From contig DF236974.1 in assembly GCA_000708835.1 (NCBI GenBank), forward strand, positions 236,626-300,625: a stretch of 64,000 bases of DNA. The letters run 5' to 3'. A model generated the notes under the pieces. It was given only the letters and a program-made list of their open reading frames with translations. It was not told where the DNA came from and did no database searches. This stretch comes from Klebsormidium nitens (Eukaryota > Plantae > Klebsormidiophyceae). This document shows, piece by piece, positions 62,901 to 64,000 of this stretch (the stretch's first letter is position 1; every line of letters starts with the position of its first letter). The position numbers and the translations under genes are program-made.

Positions 62901-64000
62901 GAGCAGCTGAGAAAGGTGGCTCACGAATTGGATAGGTCTCGCGATGCATCCATTCGCAAAACTGCATCTTGAAGTCAAATATGGGGACAGGTTCCGGCTC
63001 GCACAAGAAAATAGTCAAAAGAGTGGGGCCACAGCTTACAATCAGAATGTCGCGAAGATGACCGCACATCTGTTTGAGTCAGCTGAAGCTGCATTAACAA
63101 AGAATAGCCGTAGATTCTCAAGTCTAAGATGAACACGGCAACAGAACGATGAACCCATATCACGAGTGGCTTGCAATCAACAGAGCCAGCCTTCGTCGGC
63201 GCTTTAGCGAGTCGTTGGAAATTAGGAAGGCGTATACTGTCATCGATATCGGCGGCCCTCCAAACTCTATATCATATGCTGATCCACTCAAAGTAAATCC
63301 AGTGGAGCCAGTCTCACCTTATCGAGCTCCATAATCGGTGCGGCTCCTGATCTGCTCTGCTCCCGAGAAACGCTCGGCTGCTGGCGAGCGTCCACAGGTG
63401 TCTCCGCCACCCCCGGCTCTTCCACCACGAAGACGTCCCTCGCTTCCGGAGACTCGCTCACGTCAGCTTCCACAGCCTCCTTGACGTCAGCCTCTTCCCC
63501 GTCTCCGCTTGCCTGCGGGCTCGGCTCGTGGCGAACGACTCGGACACGTGGTACGTCAGCACATCCCTCAGACTCGGTATCTTTTCTGTCCGAAGAAGTC
63601 GCGTCAGGTTTCTCTTGGCTCGAGCTCTGACTGGCCTCATGCGCACTTTCCCGGTCAGACAGATTTCCTACTTCAATTCCCAATAGGGGGTCCCGCTGTA
63701 CGAAAAGGCGAGCCTCGGATCCAAGCCTGCTCGGAGGCCGGCTTCGCGCTAAGTCCGGGCTCGGGTTTGGCAACGGGTTTGCAATGACCCTGTTTGGTCG
63801 TGCTTTCCCGACCGGCCTAATCTGCGGCTCTAGAACCGAAGCCGGGCTTTCCGGCCCTGCTTTGACTACTTTTATTTGGGGAGGGCTTGGTGAGGGGGTG
63901 GCTTGACTGTGCTCCACGTTCTCTTTGCAGTCCTCTGCGGAAAAGGATGCCGCCCTGCTGTGGGGCCGACTAGGAAGAGGAGTTCTTTCTGAGCGGGGAG
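56943..64000 (-). CDS. WDR90: WD repeat-containing protein 90 (POC16, centriolar); 5' part lies beyond the window
   Basis: Spliced segments follow human WDR90 order as recalled: PIMELDK|VVGFSG; QRFFLGHSAPVFALAF..SAQEG..IRVWDF; LIVVWD; YRLKNGQLKGCSVNL; FTDLAF; VYVSTSSGSVFQV; INSLAV..TGSSDRRLRVWPLEFS; LLRSHTDKV; TISADRTVRIWSL..QLYEF; CLAYHP..ACGFQSGMVRVF; VPDVHRGDCQALAVSADG; the last exon 57098-56943 ends LRWRLRTDP*. Confidence 0.9.

Noticed and set aside
341-63917. Most short ORFs in the six-frame track
   Set aside because: They are antisense or off-frame shadows of GC-rich exons, or intron read-through, not independent genes.

Overview
Intron-rich eukaryotic nuclear DNA. The plant-type TRS85, FANCJ and U2 sequences plus the centriole gene WDR90 suggest a streptophyte alga such as Klebsormidium (inference). 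Nine protein-coding genes could be hand-spliced: an SMP/C2 synaptotagmin-like gene (+, 5' end outside the window), RACK1 (-), TRAPPC8/TRS85 (+), an unknown multipass membrane protein (+), FANCJ helicase (+), a GT92-like glycosyltransferase (-), a bacterial-type WecE/RffA sugar aminotransferase (+), an unknown protein with an internally duplicated domain (-), and WDR90 (-, 5' end outside the window). Main observations: (1) 'exon echoes', decayed tandem copies of intron-end plus exon-start sequence beside at least 9 splice junctions, mostly with 100-175 bp periods; (2) an intact-looking U2 snRNA gene nested in a TRAPPC8 intron; (3) a divergent GT92/WecE pair whose intergenic DNA carries 17 GTAC (SBP/CuRE-type) cores in about 650 bp; (4) an uncharacterised tandem-domain protein; (5) a WDR90 that apparently stops after its first WD40 module. 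All alignments, counts and exon coordinates were done by eye, with no database searches.
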